Below, in pieces: positions 39,945 to 52,943 of a stretch of DNA of 64,000 nucleotides (the stretch's first letter is position 1; each line of letters begins with the position of its first letter). The DNA lies in the NCBI RefSeq assembly GCF_963921235.1, contig NC_086097.1, positions 174,966,001 to 175,030,000 on the forward strand, in the 5' to 3' direction. Position numbers and translations under genes: made by a program. The notes beneath the pieces were generated by a model that had not been told where the DNA came from, made no database searches, and saw nothing but the letters and a program-made list of their open reading frames with translations. This DNA comes from Mobula hypostoma. Taxonomy: Eukaryota.

Positions 39945-42900
39945 GAAAGTTGAGTCTGACCCTGTGGCACTGAGTCTGACCCTGTGGTGCAGAAGGATGG
40001 GACAGAGAAGAGGAGAGCTGTCGTCATTGGAGACTCTGTAGTCAGGGGAGCAGACAGGAGATTTTGCAGACGTGAGAAGGACACCCGCATGGTTTATTGC
40101 CTCCCGGGTGCCAGGGTCCGGGGATGTCTCTGACTGGGTGCACGACATCCTGATACGAGAGGGAAAGCAACCAGAAGTCGTGATACATGTTGGTACCAAC
40201 GGCATAGGCAAGAAGAGGAATGAGGTCCTGAAGTGTGAGTTTCGGGAATTAGGCAGAAGGCTGAAGAACAGGACCTTAAGGGTGACGTCCTCAGGATCGC
40301 TGCCAGTGCTACGTGACAGAGATGGTAAAAATTGGAGGAGATGGCAGTTGAATGCGTAGCTGAGGAGTTGGTGCAGGGAGCAAGGTTTTAGATTTTTAGA
40401 TCATTGGGATCTCTTCTGGGAAAGGTGGGACCTGTACACATTGGATGGGTTGCACCTGAACTCGAGGGGGAGCAATATCCTTGCAGGTAGGTTTGCTAGC
40501 ATGGTTCGGGAGGGTTTAAACTAATTTGCGAGGGGGATGGGACCCAGAGCGATAGAGCAGTGAAAGAAGTGCATGAAGTAAAGCCAGATCTAACATACAG
40601 AGAGGCTTTGAGGAAAGAGAAGCAGAATAAACGGTGTAAAGACAGTAAGGTAGAAGGGCTGAAATGTGTGTTCCTCAATGCAAGAAGCATCAGGAACAAA
40701 GGTGATGAACTGAGAGCTTGGATACATACATGGAATTATGATGTAGTGGCCATTACAGAGATTTGGCTGGCACCAGGGCAGGAATGGATTCTCAATATTC
40801 CTGGATTTCAGTGCTTTAAAAGGGATAGAGAGGGCGGAAAAAGGGGAGGTGGGGTGGCATTACTGGTCAGGGATACTATTACAGCTACAGAAAGGGTGGG
40901 TAATGTAGCAGGATCCTCTTTTGAGTCAATATGGGTGGAAGTCAGGAACAGGAAGGGAGCAGTTACTCTACTGGGGGTATTCTATAGGCCCCCTGGTAGT
41001 AGCAGAGATACAGAGGAGCAGATTGGGAGGCCGATTTTGGAAAGGTGCAAAAATAACAGGGTTGTTATCATGGGTGACTTTAACCTCCCTAATATTGATT
41101 GGCACCTGATTAGTTCCAAGGGTTTAGATGGGGCAGAATTTGTTAAGTGTGTCCAGGACGGATTCCTGTCACAGTATGTGGACAGGCCAACCAGGGGGAA
41201 TGCCATACTAGATCTAGTACTAGGTAATGAACCGGGTCAGGTCACAGATCTCTCAGTGGGTGAGCATCTGGGGGACAGTGACCACCGCTCCCTGGCCTTT
41301 ATAATTATCATGGAAAAGGACAGAATCAAAGAGGACAGGAAAATTTTTAATTGGAGAAAGGCAAATTATGAGGCCATAAGGCTAGAACTTGTGGGTGTGA
41401 ATTGGGATGATGTTTTTGCAGGGAAATGTACTATGGACATGTGGTCGATGTTTAGAGATCTCTTGCGGGATGTAAGGGATAAACTTGTCCCGGTGAGGAA
41501 GATAAGAATGGTAGGGTGAAGGAACCATGGGTGACAAGTGAGGTGGAAAATCTAGTCAGGAGGAAGAAGGCAGCATACATGAGGTTTAGGAAGCAAGGAT
41601 CAGATGGGTCTATTGAGGAATATAGGGAAGCAAGAACGGAGCTTAAGAAGGGGGCATGAGAAGGCCTTGGCGAGTAGGGTAAAGGAAAACCCCAAGGCAT
41701 TCTTCAATTACGTGAAGAAAAAAAGGATGACAGGAGTGAAGGTAGGACCGATTAGAGATAAAGGTGGGAAGATGTGCCTGGAGGCTGTGGAAGTGAGTGA
41801 GGTCCTCAATGAATACTTCTCTTCGGTATTCACCAATGAGGGGGAACTTGATGATGGTGAGGACAATATGAGTGAGGTTGATGTTCTGGAGCATGCTGAT
41901 ATTAAGGGAGAGGAGGTGTTGGAGTTGTTAAAATACATTAGGACAGATAAGTCCCCGGGGCCTGATGGAATATTCCCCAGGCTGCTCCACGAGGCGAGAG
42001 AAGAGATTGCTGAGCCTCTGGCTAGGATCTTTATGTCCTCGTTGTCCACGGGAATGGTACCGGAGGATTGGAGGGAGGTGAATGTTGTTCCCTTGTTCAA
42101 AAAAGGTAGCAGGGATAGTCCGGGTAATTATAGACCAGTGAGCCTTACGTCTGTGGTGGGAAAGCTGTTGGAAAAGATTCTTAGAGATAGGATCTATAGG
42201 CATTTAGAGAATCATGGTCTGATCAGGGACAGTCAGCATGGCTTTGTGAAGGGCAGATCGTGTCTAACAAGCCTGATAGAGTTCTTTGAGGAGGTGACCA
42301 GGCATATAGATGAGGGTAGTGCAGTGGATGTGATCTATATGGATTTTAGTAAGGCATTTGACAAGGTTCCACACGGTAGGCTTATTCAGAAAGTTAGAAG
42401 GCATGGGATCCAGGGAAGTTTGGCCAGGTGGATTCAGAATTGGCTTGCCTGCAGAAGGCAGAGGGTGGTGGTGGAGAGAGTACATTCAGGTTGGAGGATT
42501 GTGACTAGTGGTGTCCCACAAGGATCTGTTCTGGGACCTCTACTTTTCCTGATTTTTATTAACGACCTGGATGTGGGGGTAGAAGGGTGGGTTGGCAAGT
42601 TTGCAGACGACACAAAGGTTGGTGGTGTTGTAGATAGTGTAGAGGATTGTCAAAGATTGCAGAGAGACATTGATAGGATGCAGAAGTGGGCTGAGAAGTG
42701 GCAGATGGAGTTCAACCTGGAGAAGTGTGAGGTGGTACACTTTGGAAGGACAAACTCCAAGGCAGAGTACAAAGTAAATGGCAGGATACTTGGTAGTGTG
42801 GAGGAGCAGAGGGATCTCGGGGTACATGTCCACAGATCCCTGAAAGTTGCCTCACAGGTGGATAGGGTAGTTAAGAAAGCTTATGGGGTGTTAGCTTTCA

Positions 42901-43490
42901 TAAGTCGAGGGATAGAGTTTAAGAGTCGCGATGTAATGATACAGCTCTATAAAACTCTGGTTAGGCCACACTTGCAGTATTGTGTCCAGTTCTGGTCACC
43001 TCACTATAGGAAGGATGTGGAAGCATTGAAAAGGGTACAGAGGAGATTTACCAGGATGCTGCTTGGTTTAGACAGTATGCATTATGATCAGAGATTAAGG
43101 GAGCTAGGGCTTTACTCTTTGGAGAGAAGCAGGATGAGAGGAGACATGATAGAGGTGTACAAGATAGTAAGAGGAATAGAGTCGATAGCCAGCGCCTCTT
43201 CCCCAAGGCACCACTGCTCAATACAAGAGAACATGGCTTTAAGGTAAGGGGTGGGAAGTTCAAGGGGGATATTAGAGGAAGGTTTTTTTACTCAGAGAGT
43301 GGTTGGTGCATGGAATGCACTGCCTGAGTCAGTGGTGGAGGCAGATACACTCGTGAAGTTTAAGAGACTACTAGACAGGTATATGGAGGAACCTAAGGTG
43401 GGGGCTTATATGGGAGGCAGGGTTTGAGGGTAAGCACAACATTGTGGGCCGAAGGGCCTGTACTGTGCTGTACTATTCTATGTTCTATGT
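39945..43490 (+). mobile_element. Young CR1-clade LINE: 3' part of an SGNH-esterase ORF1 plus nearly intact ORF2
   Basis: IHVGTN and DGLHLN (ORF1). ORFs 40560..41519 (EN) and 41604..43247 (RT, KFADDTK). Tail (ttctatg)n at about 43476-43490. Confidence 0.95.
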
Positions 43491-43989
43491 AAATAAAATA
43501 TCTCTAACCTTCTTAATTTTCACATTAAACCCATGTTCCCTAGTTTTAGATATTCCCATAATGAGAAGAATTTCTCATTTTCTACCTCTTCTACTACTTT
43601 TATAATTTTATATGCCTCTGCCAGCTACCTCCTTACTCCTCTCCACCCCAAGGAAAACAAACCCAGTTTATGCAGCCTCTCCTCATAACTAAAAAGCTCT
43701 GCCCCAGGTAGCATGCTAAAAATTCTCCTCTGCCTCGAGCTTGACCCTTGCTCTCGTGAAATGACCAGAAATACACACAATACTCCGGCCATACCCAAGT
43801 GAAGCTTCACGGATTTGAGCTATGACTTCCATTCTCTTGTACTCTGTACCAGGCTAATGAAGGCCACCATCCCATGCCTTCTTCATCACCTTATCTATTT
43901 GGAGTCTATGAATTTGCACAAGGTCCGTCCTCTGATCCCCAATACTCCCTGAAGTCCTACCATTCATGGTGTATCTTCTACTATTAGTA

Positions 43990-46305
43990 CGAACCGTGGC
44001 TGACAAGGGATGTCAAAGCTCATGTAAAAGCAAAAGAGAGGGCATACAACAAAGCAAAAATTAGTGGGAAGACAGAAGATTGGGAAGCTTCTAAAACCCT
44101 ACAGAATGCAACTAAAAGAATCATTAGGAGGAAAAAGATGAAATATAAAAGCTAGCAAACAATATCAAAATGGATAGTAATATAAGATTTTTCAAATATG
44201 CAAAAAATAAAAGAGAGACGTGGATATAGGACCGCTAGAAAATGAGTTCAGAGGAGTAATAACGGGGGACAAGAAGATGGTAGATGAACTAAATGGGTAT
44301 TTTGTATCAGTTTTCACTGTGGAAGAGAGTAGCAGTTTGCCAGTTGTTGAAGGGTGCGAGGGAAGAGGAGTGAATGCAGTTACTATTACAAGGGAAAAGA
44401 TGCTCAAAATGCTCTAAAACCTAAGGGTACATAAGTTACTAGACGAGATAAACTGCACCCTACAGTTCTGAAAGAGGTAGGGATTATGGAGACATTAGTA
44501 ATGATTTTTCAAAAATTACTGGATCCTGGCATGGTGCAAGAGGACTGGAAAATTGCAAATATCACTTCATTCTTTAAGGAGAAAGGCAGCAGAAAAAAAA
44601 ATTATAGAGCAGTTATCCTGACCTTAGTGGTTGAGAAGATATTGTAGTCAATTTAAGGATGAGGTTAGGGAGTACTTGGTGACACAGGAGAAGGTAGGAC
44701 AAAGTCAACATAGTTTCCTTAAGGGAAAATCTTGCGGGACAGATCTGTTGGAATTCTTTGAAGAGATTGTAAGTAGAATAGATAAAAGGGATACAATGGA
44801 TGTTGCATATTTGGACTTTCAGAAGGCTTTTGACAAAGTGCCACATATGAGGATGCTTACCAAGTTAAGAGCCCATGGCATTACAGGAAAGTTACTAGCA
44901 TGGTTAAAGCAATGGCTGATTGGTAGGAGGCAGTGAGTGGGAATAAAAGAATCCTTTTCTGGTTGGCTGCCAGTGACTAGTGGTGTTCCGCAGGGGCTGG
45001 TATTGGGACCACTTTTTTAACGCTGTATATCAATGACTTGTTGGCGCGTGGCCAAGTGGTTAAGGCATTCGTCTAGTGATCTGAAGGTCACTAGTTCGAG
45101 CCTTGGCAGAGGCAGCATTTGTCCTTGAGCAAAGCAGTTAACCACACATTGCTCTGCGACAACACCGGTGCCAAGCTGTATGGGTCCTAATGCCCTTCCC
45201 TTGGACAACATTGGTGGCATGGAGAGGGGAGACTTGCAGCATGAGCAACTGCCGGTCTTCCATACAACCTTGCCCAGGCCTGCGCCCTGGAAACTTTCCA
45301 AGGTGCAAATCCATGGTCTCATGAGACTAACGGATGCCTTAAAAAATCAATGACTTAAGATGATGGAATAGATGGCTTTGTTGCCAAGTTTGCAGGTGAA
45401 ATAAAGATTGGTGGAGGGGCAGATAGTGTTGAGGAAACAGGAAGGCTGCAGAAGGACTTAGACAGATTAAGAGAATGAGCAAGAGAGTGGCAAATGAAAT
45501 ACAATGTTGGAAAATGCATGATCATGCACTTTGGAAGTAGAAATAAATGTGCAGACTATTTTCTAAACGGGGAGAAAATCCAGAAATCTGAGTTTCAAAG
45601 GGATTTAAGAGTCTTTGAGCCAAACACCCTAAAGGTTAACTTGCAGGTAGAATCGGTGGTGAGGAAGGCAAATACAATGTTAGCATTCATTTCAAGAAGT
45701 CTAGAATACAAGAGCAGGGATATGATGCTGAGACTTTAAGGCACTGTGGAGGTCTCACCTTGAATATTGTGAACAGTTTTGGGCTCCTCGTTTAAGAGAA
45801 GGTGTGCTGGCATTGGAGAGGGTTCATAAGGGTGATTCCGTGAATGAAAGGGTTATCATACGAGGAATATTTATAGCTCTAGGTCTGTACTCGCTGGAAT
45901 TTATAAGGATGGGGGGGGGGGAATCCCATTGAAACCTTTTGAATGTTGAAAGGCCTAGGCAGAGTAGATGTGGAAAGGATGTTTCTCGTGGTTGGGGAGT
46001 CTTGGACAACAGGGCACAGCCTCAGGATAGAAGAGCTTCCATTTAAAACAGATGCAGAGAAATTTCTTTAGCCAGAGGGTGGTGAATTTGTGGAATTTAT
46101 TACCACAGGCAGCTGCGGAGATCAGGTCGTTGGGTGTATGTAAGGCAGAGCTTGATAGGTTCTTGACTGAACACGGCATCAAAAGTTACAGGGAGAGGGC
46201 TGGGCAGTGGGGCTGAGGAGAGGAAGAAAGGATCAGCCATGATTGAATGGCAGAGCAGACTCAATAGGCCAAATGGCCTAATTCTGCTATGTCTTAGGTC
46301 TTATT
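43990..46305 (+). mobile_element. Degenerate CR1 LINE (second subfamily) containing a SINE insertion
   Basis: SQHSFLKGKSC, YLDFQKAFDKVPH and MKYNVGKC peptides. The 3' UTR is shared with 16886-17235 and 30337-30600. Confidence 0.88.
45040..45345 (+). mobile_element. tRNA(Thr)-like-headed SINE with 11-bp TSD
   Basis: Head ggcgcgtggccaagtggttaaggc (A box) ... ctagtga ... gttcgagcc (B box). TSD atcaatgactt at 45029-45039 and 45346-45356. Confidence 0.88.
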
Positions 46306-47143
46306 ATTTGAACACTAAAGATGTATTACCTCACATTTATGGCATTAAAATTCCATCTGATAATGCTCTGCCAGATTTACCAGCTGATCAAAATCACTCT
46401 AAAGCCCAGACCAGTCTTTTCACTGCCAGCACTGATAACTATAATTTTTTTAAAAATCAGATTAAAGTGATAATGAATGATAAACTACCAAACTGTATAG
46501 CATGCAAAATATGAAACATGTTAGCATGGGATCAGATGCAGAGGTAATGCTGAGAGCTGTTCGGCTATAAATCGCATGAAGTAAATGGCAATTATATACA
46601 TGAGGAGTTTCAAAAGCCTAATGCAGTGTTGCTATTAAATGTTAAATTTACTGATTCAGTAAAATTTTGCAGGCTTGTCAGTGTATTACTTATATAAACA
46701 GAATTTTTTTTTACAGTTGCATTCAACCAAAGTCCTACCTTACACATTAAAACAAAAACCACATCTTAGCAATTAACTAACCAAGTGACTTCAGAGGTTT
46801 TTGTCTTCATTCCAAACTAAAGACCATTTAAGACTATCACAAGATTACTAAACATTAGTAATCTTGTGATAGTACAGAGTGGCCTCTTGACCTCATAATC
46901 TACTTTGTTATGGCGTTGCACCTTATCATCTGCCTGCACTACATTTTCTCTGTAACCCTAACACCTTATTCTGCATTATTGTTCTCCCTTGAACCACTTT
47001 AATGCACTGTGTAATGAAATGATCTGTATGGATGACATGCAAAACAGTTTTTCAGTCTACTTCTATACGTCTGATAATAATGAACCAATTTTCCAATTTA
47101 TAATTTCAAAGTCATAATTTTGATTCATTTAAAATAAACTGAC

Positions 47144-47316
47144 CTCTTTCTTTGCAATTTCTCTGAGCCTTCGAGGAAGACGTTTAACATTATCACTCAT
47201 TGCTCTTCTGCGCAAATGTGGTGGTAGGGACTGCAGAAACTGAGAGTTTGATTTGTGTGCTACTGCTTTTAACATGGCACTGATTTCTGCTGCACGGTAC
47301 TGAGCAAAGTCTTTTG
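47144..47316 (-). CDS. POP1: POP1 exon 4: (A)[18 protein letters not shown]...[28 protein letters not shown]
   Basis: Lies within ORF 47129..47350. Carries the POP1 signature FAQxRAAEI...[14 protein letters not shown]. ttttgcag acceptor, gtcagt donor, 173 nt. Confidence 0.97.
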
Positions 47317-48700
47317 CTGCAAAATGAAAAATAAATGTTAAAGGCATCATTTTCCTTTTACCAACTTTATGCTAGGTTTCTTCCTCCTTGGATATTTACT
47401 CTTGAAGTTGCTGAATGTTCACGTTGATCATTCACATTGACCACCCGCATCAACATTCGAACACAGATTACTTTAATTCTCAACAACACCCGACAAAATA
47501 ACTCAAAGACACATTTGTCTGTGGCATTTCCATATCACTGTATTAAGTCATTACTGCAAATGCATGACATAAAATGGCCCAACCACCACTGCTTAAGTTG
47601 CATGTCCATTATCTCATATAGACGGGAGAACATCAATCACTTTGAAACGCTGTAGGACATCTATGGATTGCTTCATTTGAATATGGAATTTAAGTAGCTA
47701 CACTCTGCACTTACTAATCTTCTTGGGAAAGAATAAACTACAGTGTCATAGTATGTTAACAGACTACATAGAAAGGACAAGCAGAGAACATACTGTACAT
47801 CCTCTGGATAGCTAACTTCCCCAAATGAATAAATAGAAAGTTTAAAAAATATATAAATAGGAAATACAATTCATTTCACTCTCATTCATCAGTTGTCTTT
47901 AATTTAAAAACTTTCCTGTTTAAATTAGGAATAACACTCCATCCATGGATGAGATTTTTAATTCACAGAAAGTATAATGAATACAGTTTCTCAAAGGTGT
48001 TCTATATATCATTAAGATGACTTTTGGGTGCTCTAGCTCAATACGTAAGGCTGGAGAAATTGTTCTGTAGTGATATCTATTGGTTACTTTATGGAAGATC
48101 TAAATGAGGATCAATTGTACTTCTTTTCTGTTTCTACCAGTGTTCTATTTATAAATTCAGCATTTTCAACCTATGAATCTCTGTCAGGGATTTGAAGGAG
48201 GCTGCGATGGTAGAGTAATCCAAACTTCAATGGACTTCTGTGTATTAAAAAAAATCATGTGTTATAAACTTTACTCCAATATTGTTATCAATCTGCCAGG
48301 AAGTCATGGAGATGATCAGGGTATAATGCAACAGCTATTACACAGAAAAAAATTATGAAGCATGGTAAGGCTATGAACACACGAATTAAAATCCTGCTAT
48401 TCCCTACCTCCAACTTCTTTGAACACTTCTACACTGCAATATTTTAATCACTTCTTAACTCAATACTCATTATTTATCCTGATGGCTTCACTATTGTCAG
48501 CTGTGCTAAGAGCACAAAGTCTGGAACTCTTTCCTTAAACCTTTCTTTCTCTACATTAAGAGCTCTTTAAAACCTACATTCTGTGCCCTAATATTTCAAG
48601 TTGTGATTGATATTGCTCCTGTAACAATACAACAAGTTACTACATTCAAATTTCCATAAAAACAGAAGCTGTTGCTGTCCAGTGCAGATGACTTACTTAC

Positions 48701-48805
48701 CAAATAAGAATTTGGGAACATTTTGAAGATGTTTACGATCAGTTCCTTGGCTTCTGTGGCAATATCCTCCATGTGACCCTCTCTGCTGTTCTCTATAGTT
48801 GATAT
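48701..48805 (-). CDS. POP1: POP1 exon 3: (D)INYREQQRGSHGGYCHRSQGTDRKHLQNVPKFLF(A)
   Basis: cag acceptor and gtaagt donor, 105 nt, phase 1-1, open frame. The end resembles the IPKYIT segment that precedes FAQARAAE in POP1. Confidence 0.82.
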
Positions 48806-50792
48806 CTGAATTGCAAAGTGAAAACCACAAGTGACTGATAGAAAATAGTTCTTTACAAAACGAAGAGCTAATAATTCAAAAATATATCTTTCTGATATAA
48901 AGTGCTCTGATACAACATTCCTATATCCTAATTCCCTTTAAGCACACCGTTAAAAACTTACTTATTTTATATGCTCCATTGGTGTGTCAGAGTCCTACAG
49001 TATGAAATTAAGAACTTCAGCCAGCCAAGTCCAAACTCATTCCATTTGATTCTCTGCACATTCCCATCAACTCTCCTCAGATTCTACCACTCAGCTATAA
49101 ATAGAGGACAGCCAGGGTTGACTTATGCTTTTGAGATGTGAGAGAAAACAAGCATCTGATGAAAACCCATGCAGTCACAGACAGAATTGTTAGAGTGGGT
49201 TTCGGGGTAGATGATTCATTTACACTTAAATGACTCTGGCCACCAGTCTTCTGTTTGACAAAGTACTGTGGCTTGAGTTCACAACACTGCATTTCCTAAA
49301 AGCTGTGAACATCGGAATACTAGCCAGATGCTGCAGATGGAAGTGTGAAGTTTACAGGTAGTTTCAAAGACAGCCTTATCTATACTTTATAAATACTAAT
49401 TGTCCTCTATGTTAGCACATAAAATACCAAATAAATGTATTGTGGATTTGACTTGCACTCCTAAAGGCTGTGAGTACCAACCCAAACATGTTGGCGTCAG
49501 GAGGAAAGGATGAAGTCAGAAGGTGTGATGTTTTGTATGTAGCTTCAAAAGGAAGCATTGTCTATAACTTTGTAAATAGCGATTGCCCTTTGTGTTTAGC
49601 ATATAAATAACGAGCCCACATTGGGCTAGCAGACCTTTCTACCGAAAGCGTCTCCATCCGTATGATGCCTGCTGTACCTTGTTGTGTCAAATAAAGAAGC
49701 TGCTTTGTATCTACCAGTGGCTCTGTCTCTCCGGTGATTTCCACCACCCCACAAACACCACATATATAGCACCAGAGGTTGAAATGAACCGGGATGCTAA
49801 AGCTGCGAGGCTATAGTTCTGCTAGTTGCTCCATAAGGTACCCTCCCCTATCCCACCCTGACAGGACCCTCTACTCCCTTTGCCGTTCTAGATCTCTGTT
49901 ATCCTTTAGCTGAAGAGGCAGATAAACAGAGAATGCTTTTCCTCAACATTTGTTCAGCCAGAACCCTAAGAATTACAAATCCTTCTGATACAAACCAAAT
50001 AGAAAGTTTCCAGCTTATAATTACAGATACAGATCTTGCCACACTAACGGCTGCTTTACAGACCTGCAGTTGTACAGCTCTGAGCACTGCACCACAACGG
50101 TTAACATCCAATACAAAATAATGAGGCTACTGCAAGTCACAACTAGAAACAGCTTACCAATGAGTGACCACAACCTGGTATAAGTTAATATACAGGCAGC
50201 AGCATTTTAGATGAGCTCACGTTTGAGGAGACTGGAAAATTAAGGGGGTGAGGTGAATAGCCATGAGACTTTTCCATTTTCAGCAGTAATAACTAATACT
50301 CTTAAACCAGGCTCAAGAACAGCTTCTATCCCACTGTTGAAAATAACTGTTGTACAATAAAGATAAACTCTTAATCTCACAACTGATCTCCTCGTGGCCT
50401 TTGCACCTCATCAGCCTACCTGCACTGCACTTTTTCTGTAACTATAACACTATATTCTGCACCCTTGTTATTGTTTTTCCTTCTTTACTACCTCAACGTA
50501 CTTGTGTATGGAATGATCTGTCTGGACTGCATGCAAAACAAAGCTTTTCACTGTGTCTCAGTATGTGACAATAAATAACCAATGAATACTGACTGAAAAT
50601 CAAGCAGCTTAAATTAAAGCACAACACCTAGACAAGAACAGCAAAGTGAACAGAGCCTCGAACAATGTATGCTTTACAGAAGTGGAGCAAAGTTTTTACT
50701 TTACACTCTTAGTACAAATATTATCAAACCTCAGATTATTCAAACACTGTACACCTCCTCAAAGCTCTGTAAAGTCATTTTTTTTTAAGTAC

Positions 50793-50922
50793 CTGACTGA
50801 GATTCAACTGACTCTATTCCAGATCTACCAGCCCCTGGACCATACGAAGAAAAGGTGACATTGCTAGGTTGGTTTCTCATCTTCTTAGCATATTTCTTTT
50901 CTTTGCGATTGATTCCAGACAT
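50793..50922 (-). CDS. POP1: POP1 first coding exon (exon 2): MSGINRKEKKYAKKMRNQPSNVTFSSYGPGAGRSGIESVESQS(D)
   Basis: Minus strand reads ttttttttccccacag|tcATG (AG at 50926-50925, ATG at 50922) and ends G|gtactt. The KKMRNQP-NVT motif matches the vertebrate POP1 N-terminus as I recall it. 130 coding nt, phase 1. Confidence 0.93.
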
Positions 50923-52453
50923 GACTGTGGGGAAAAAAAAATCTCAAAAGTCAGTCAAATTTATTGTCATATGAAACATAGTAACAGCACAAGCACATAT
51001 TATCGGATGAGCAACACTCACAGGTATTAAATTATACACAAATATAAATTAAACAAATTATACACTTTTCCTACAAGAAAGAACACAATTAAAACAAAAA
51101 AAACACCCGTTTTGCTGCAAAGTGATCAAAGTGGCCCTAGCATTGCTATACTATCCTGATTATAGTTTCGCTTGTTGATTCGAAAACCAGATAGTTGAAA
51201 TGAATTAGCATGTTCGTGAACCTACTGGTGTGAGACTTCAGAATTTTGTACCTCCTGCCCAATGGTAGCTGAAGATGACATGGCCTGGATAGTGAAGATC
51301 TTTGATGAGGATGTTACTTTAATGAGGCAGTACCTCATGTAGATATTATCAATGAAAGGGAGGAATGTGCCCATGATGTAGTTTGTTGAGTCCACTACTC
51401 TCTGCAGCTTCTTACATTCTTGCACATTTGAACTATTGTACCAGGCCACAATGCAACCTCTAGGATATTTTCTACAGTACATCTGTAGAAGTTTGTTAGA
51501 GCATTCAATGATATACCGAACCTCCTAAGGAAGTAAAGACACACTGGCACACCATCCTTGTGACTGCATCTATGTGCTGAGCCCAGGACAGGACACTAAA
51601 GAAATTTAATAAATTTTACACAAATCAAGTAAAAACTTCAACTGCTGCAAGAGAATACAATAAATAATAAAATCCATCAAACCTGCTCTGCCATTTAACG
51701 GACCATAACTAGCCTCATCATGGCTTCGACTCCACTTTCTTGATTGGTGTCCATAAACACTAAACTGTCGATCTCTAATATAGATAATGACTCGGCATCT
51801 ACAAGTCTCTGGGGTACCTAATTCCAAATAGTCACAACACTCAGGACATAAATTCCTTCGCTTAAACAGGTGACATTTTATCCTTAGCTTGACACTCCCC
51901 AACCAGCAAAAATACTTTCATACCATCTATCCTTACAAACAAATTGCCTCCACAGATCTGCCTGACACAATGAAGTCGTCCAGCAAAGTGCAGATTCTAG
52001 TAACTGCAGTCTCTTGTATATCCATCTATGCTGTCACATCTCTTAGAATCCTACAACATTATCTCCCATTCTTCAATCCAGAACGTCCTTGCCAAATCTA
52101 ACCAATTGTTCCTCATATGACTACCCCTTCAACTTCAAAATCAATCTCGTGGACTTTTCCCCCCACGCTGCACCCTAGACAAGTATATATCTGTTCAAAT
52201 GATGGAAAAAGAGTATGTGGTGTTCCACGTGCACAATCAGCAAAGTCCCATACAGTAGTAGCGTGATTTCCCTTCTTCTGTACGCTATACTGCTTCATCT
52301 GTGATCAATGACCACAATTAAGTCACATATGCAGTTATAAGGGGAAAAAAAATCAGAATCCAATTATTATCACAGTCTTGCGTTATGATATTTGTTGTTT
52401 TGTGGCAGTACAGTGCAAAACATTAAAGATTGCTATCTGTTGCAGTAAAAAAA

Positions 52454-52943
52454 ACACAGCGTAAACATTTTAAGGCACCTCTTGCACCTAATAAAGTGGC
52501 CACTGAGTGTATGTTTATCGTCTTTTGCTGCTGTGACCCAACCACTTGGTTCAACATGCTGTGCGTTCAGAGCTGAGTGGTTATTTGAGTTACTGTCGCC
52601 TTCCTGTTAGCTTGAACCAGTCTGGCCATTCTCCTCTGACCTCTCTCATTAACAAAGCATTCACTGGATTTTTTTTTGTTTTTCATACCATTCTCTAAAT
52701 TTGAGAGACTGTTGTGCATGAAATTGCCAGAAGATTAACAGTTTGAGATAATAAAACCACCCCATCTGGTACTAACAAACATTCCTCAGTCAAAGTCATT
52801 AGATTTCATTTCTTCCCCATTCTGATGCTTGGTCTGAACAACTGAACTTCTTGACCACATTGGCATTAGTTGCTGCCGTATGATTGGCTGATTAGGAATA
52901 TGCATTCACGAACAGCTGTACCTAAGAGTGGTCACTGAGTGTA
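52454..52943. mobile_element. Non-autonomous Tc1-like element with a duplicated right terminus
   Basis: acctaataaagtggccactgagtgta at 52486-52511 is repeated as acctaagagtggtcactgagtgta at 52920-52943. Confidence 0.6.

Noticed and set aside
39721..39990. Short direct repeats (gtgatacagcaca x2; tgagtctgaccctgtgg x2) as a possible array
   Set aside because: Each has only two units, at LINE ends or truncation points. They fit slippage duplications, not a CRISPR-like array.
45043..45115. Genuine tRNA gene (also considered at 54480 and 61290)
   Set aside because: Acceptor stems do not close, and the heads run into SINE bodies with tails (and TSDs in two cases).
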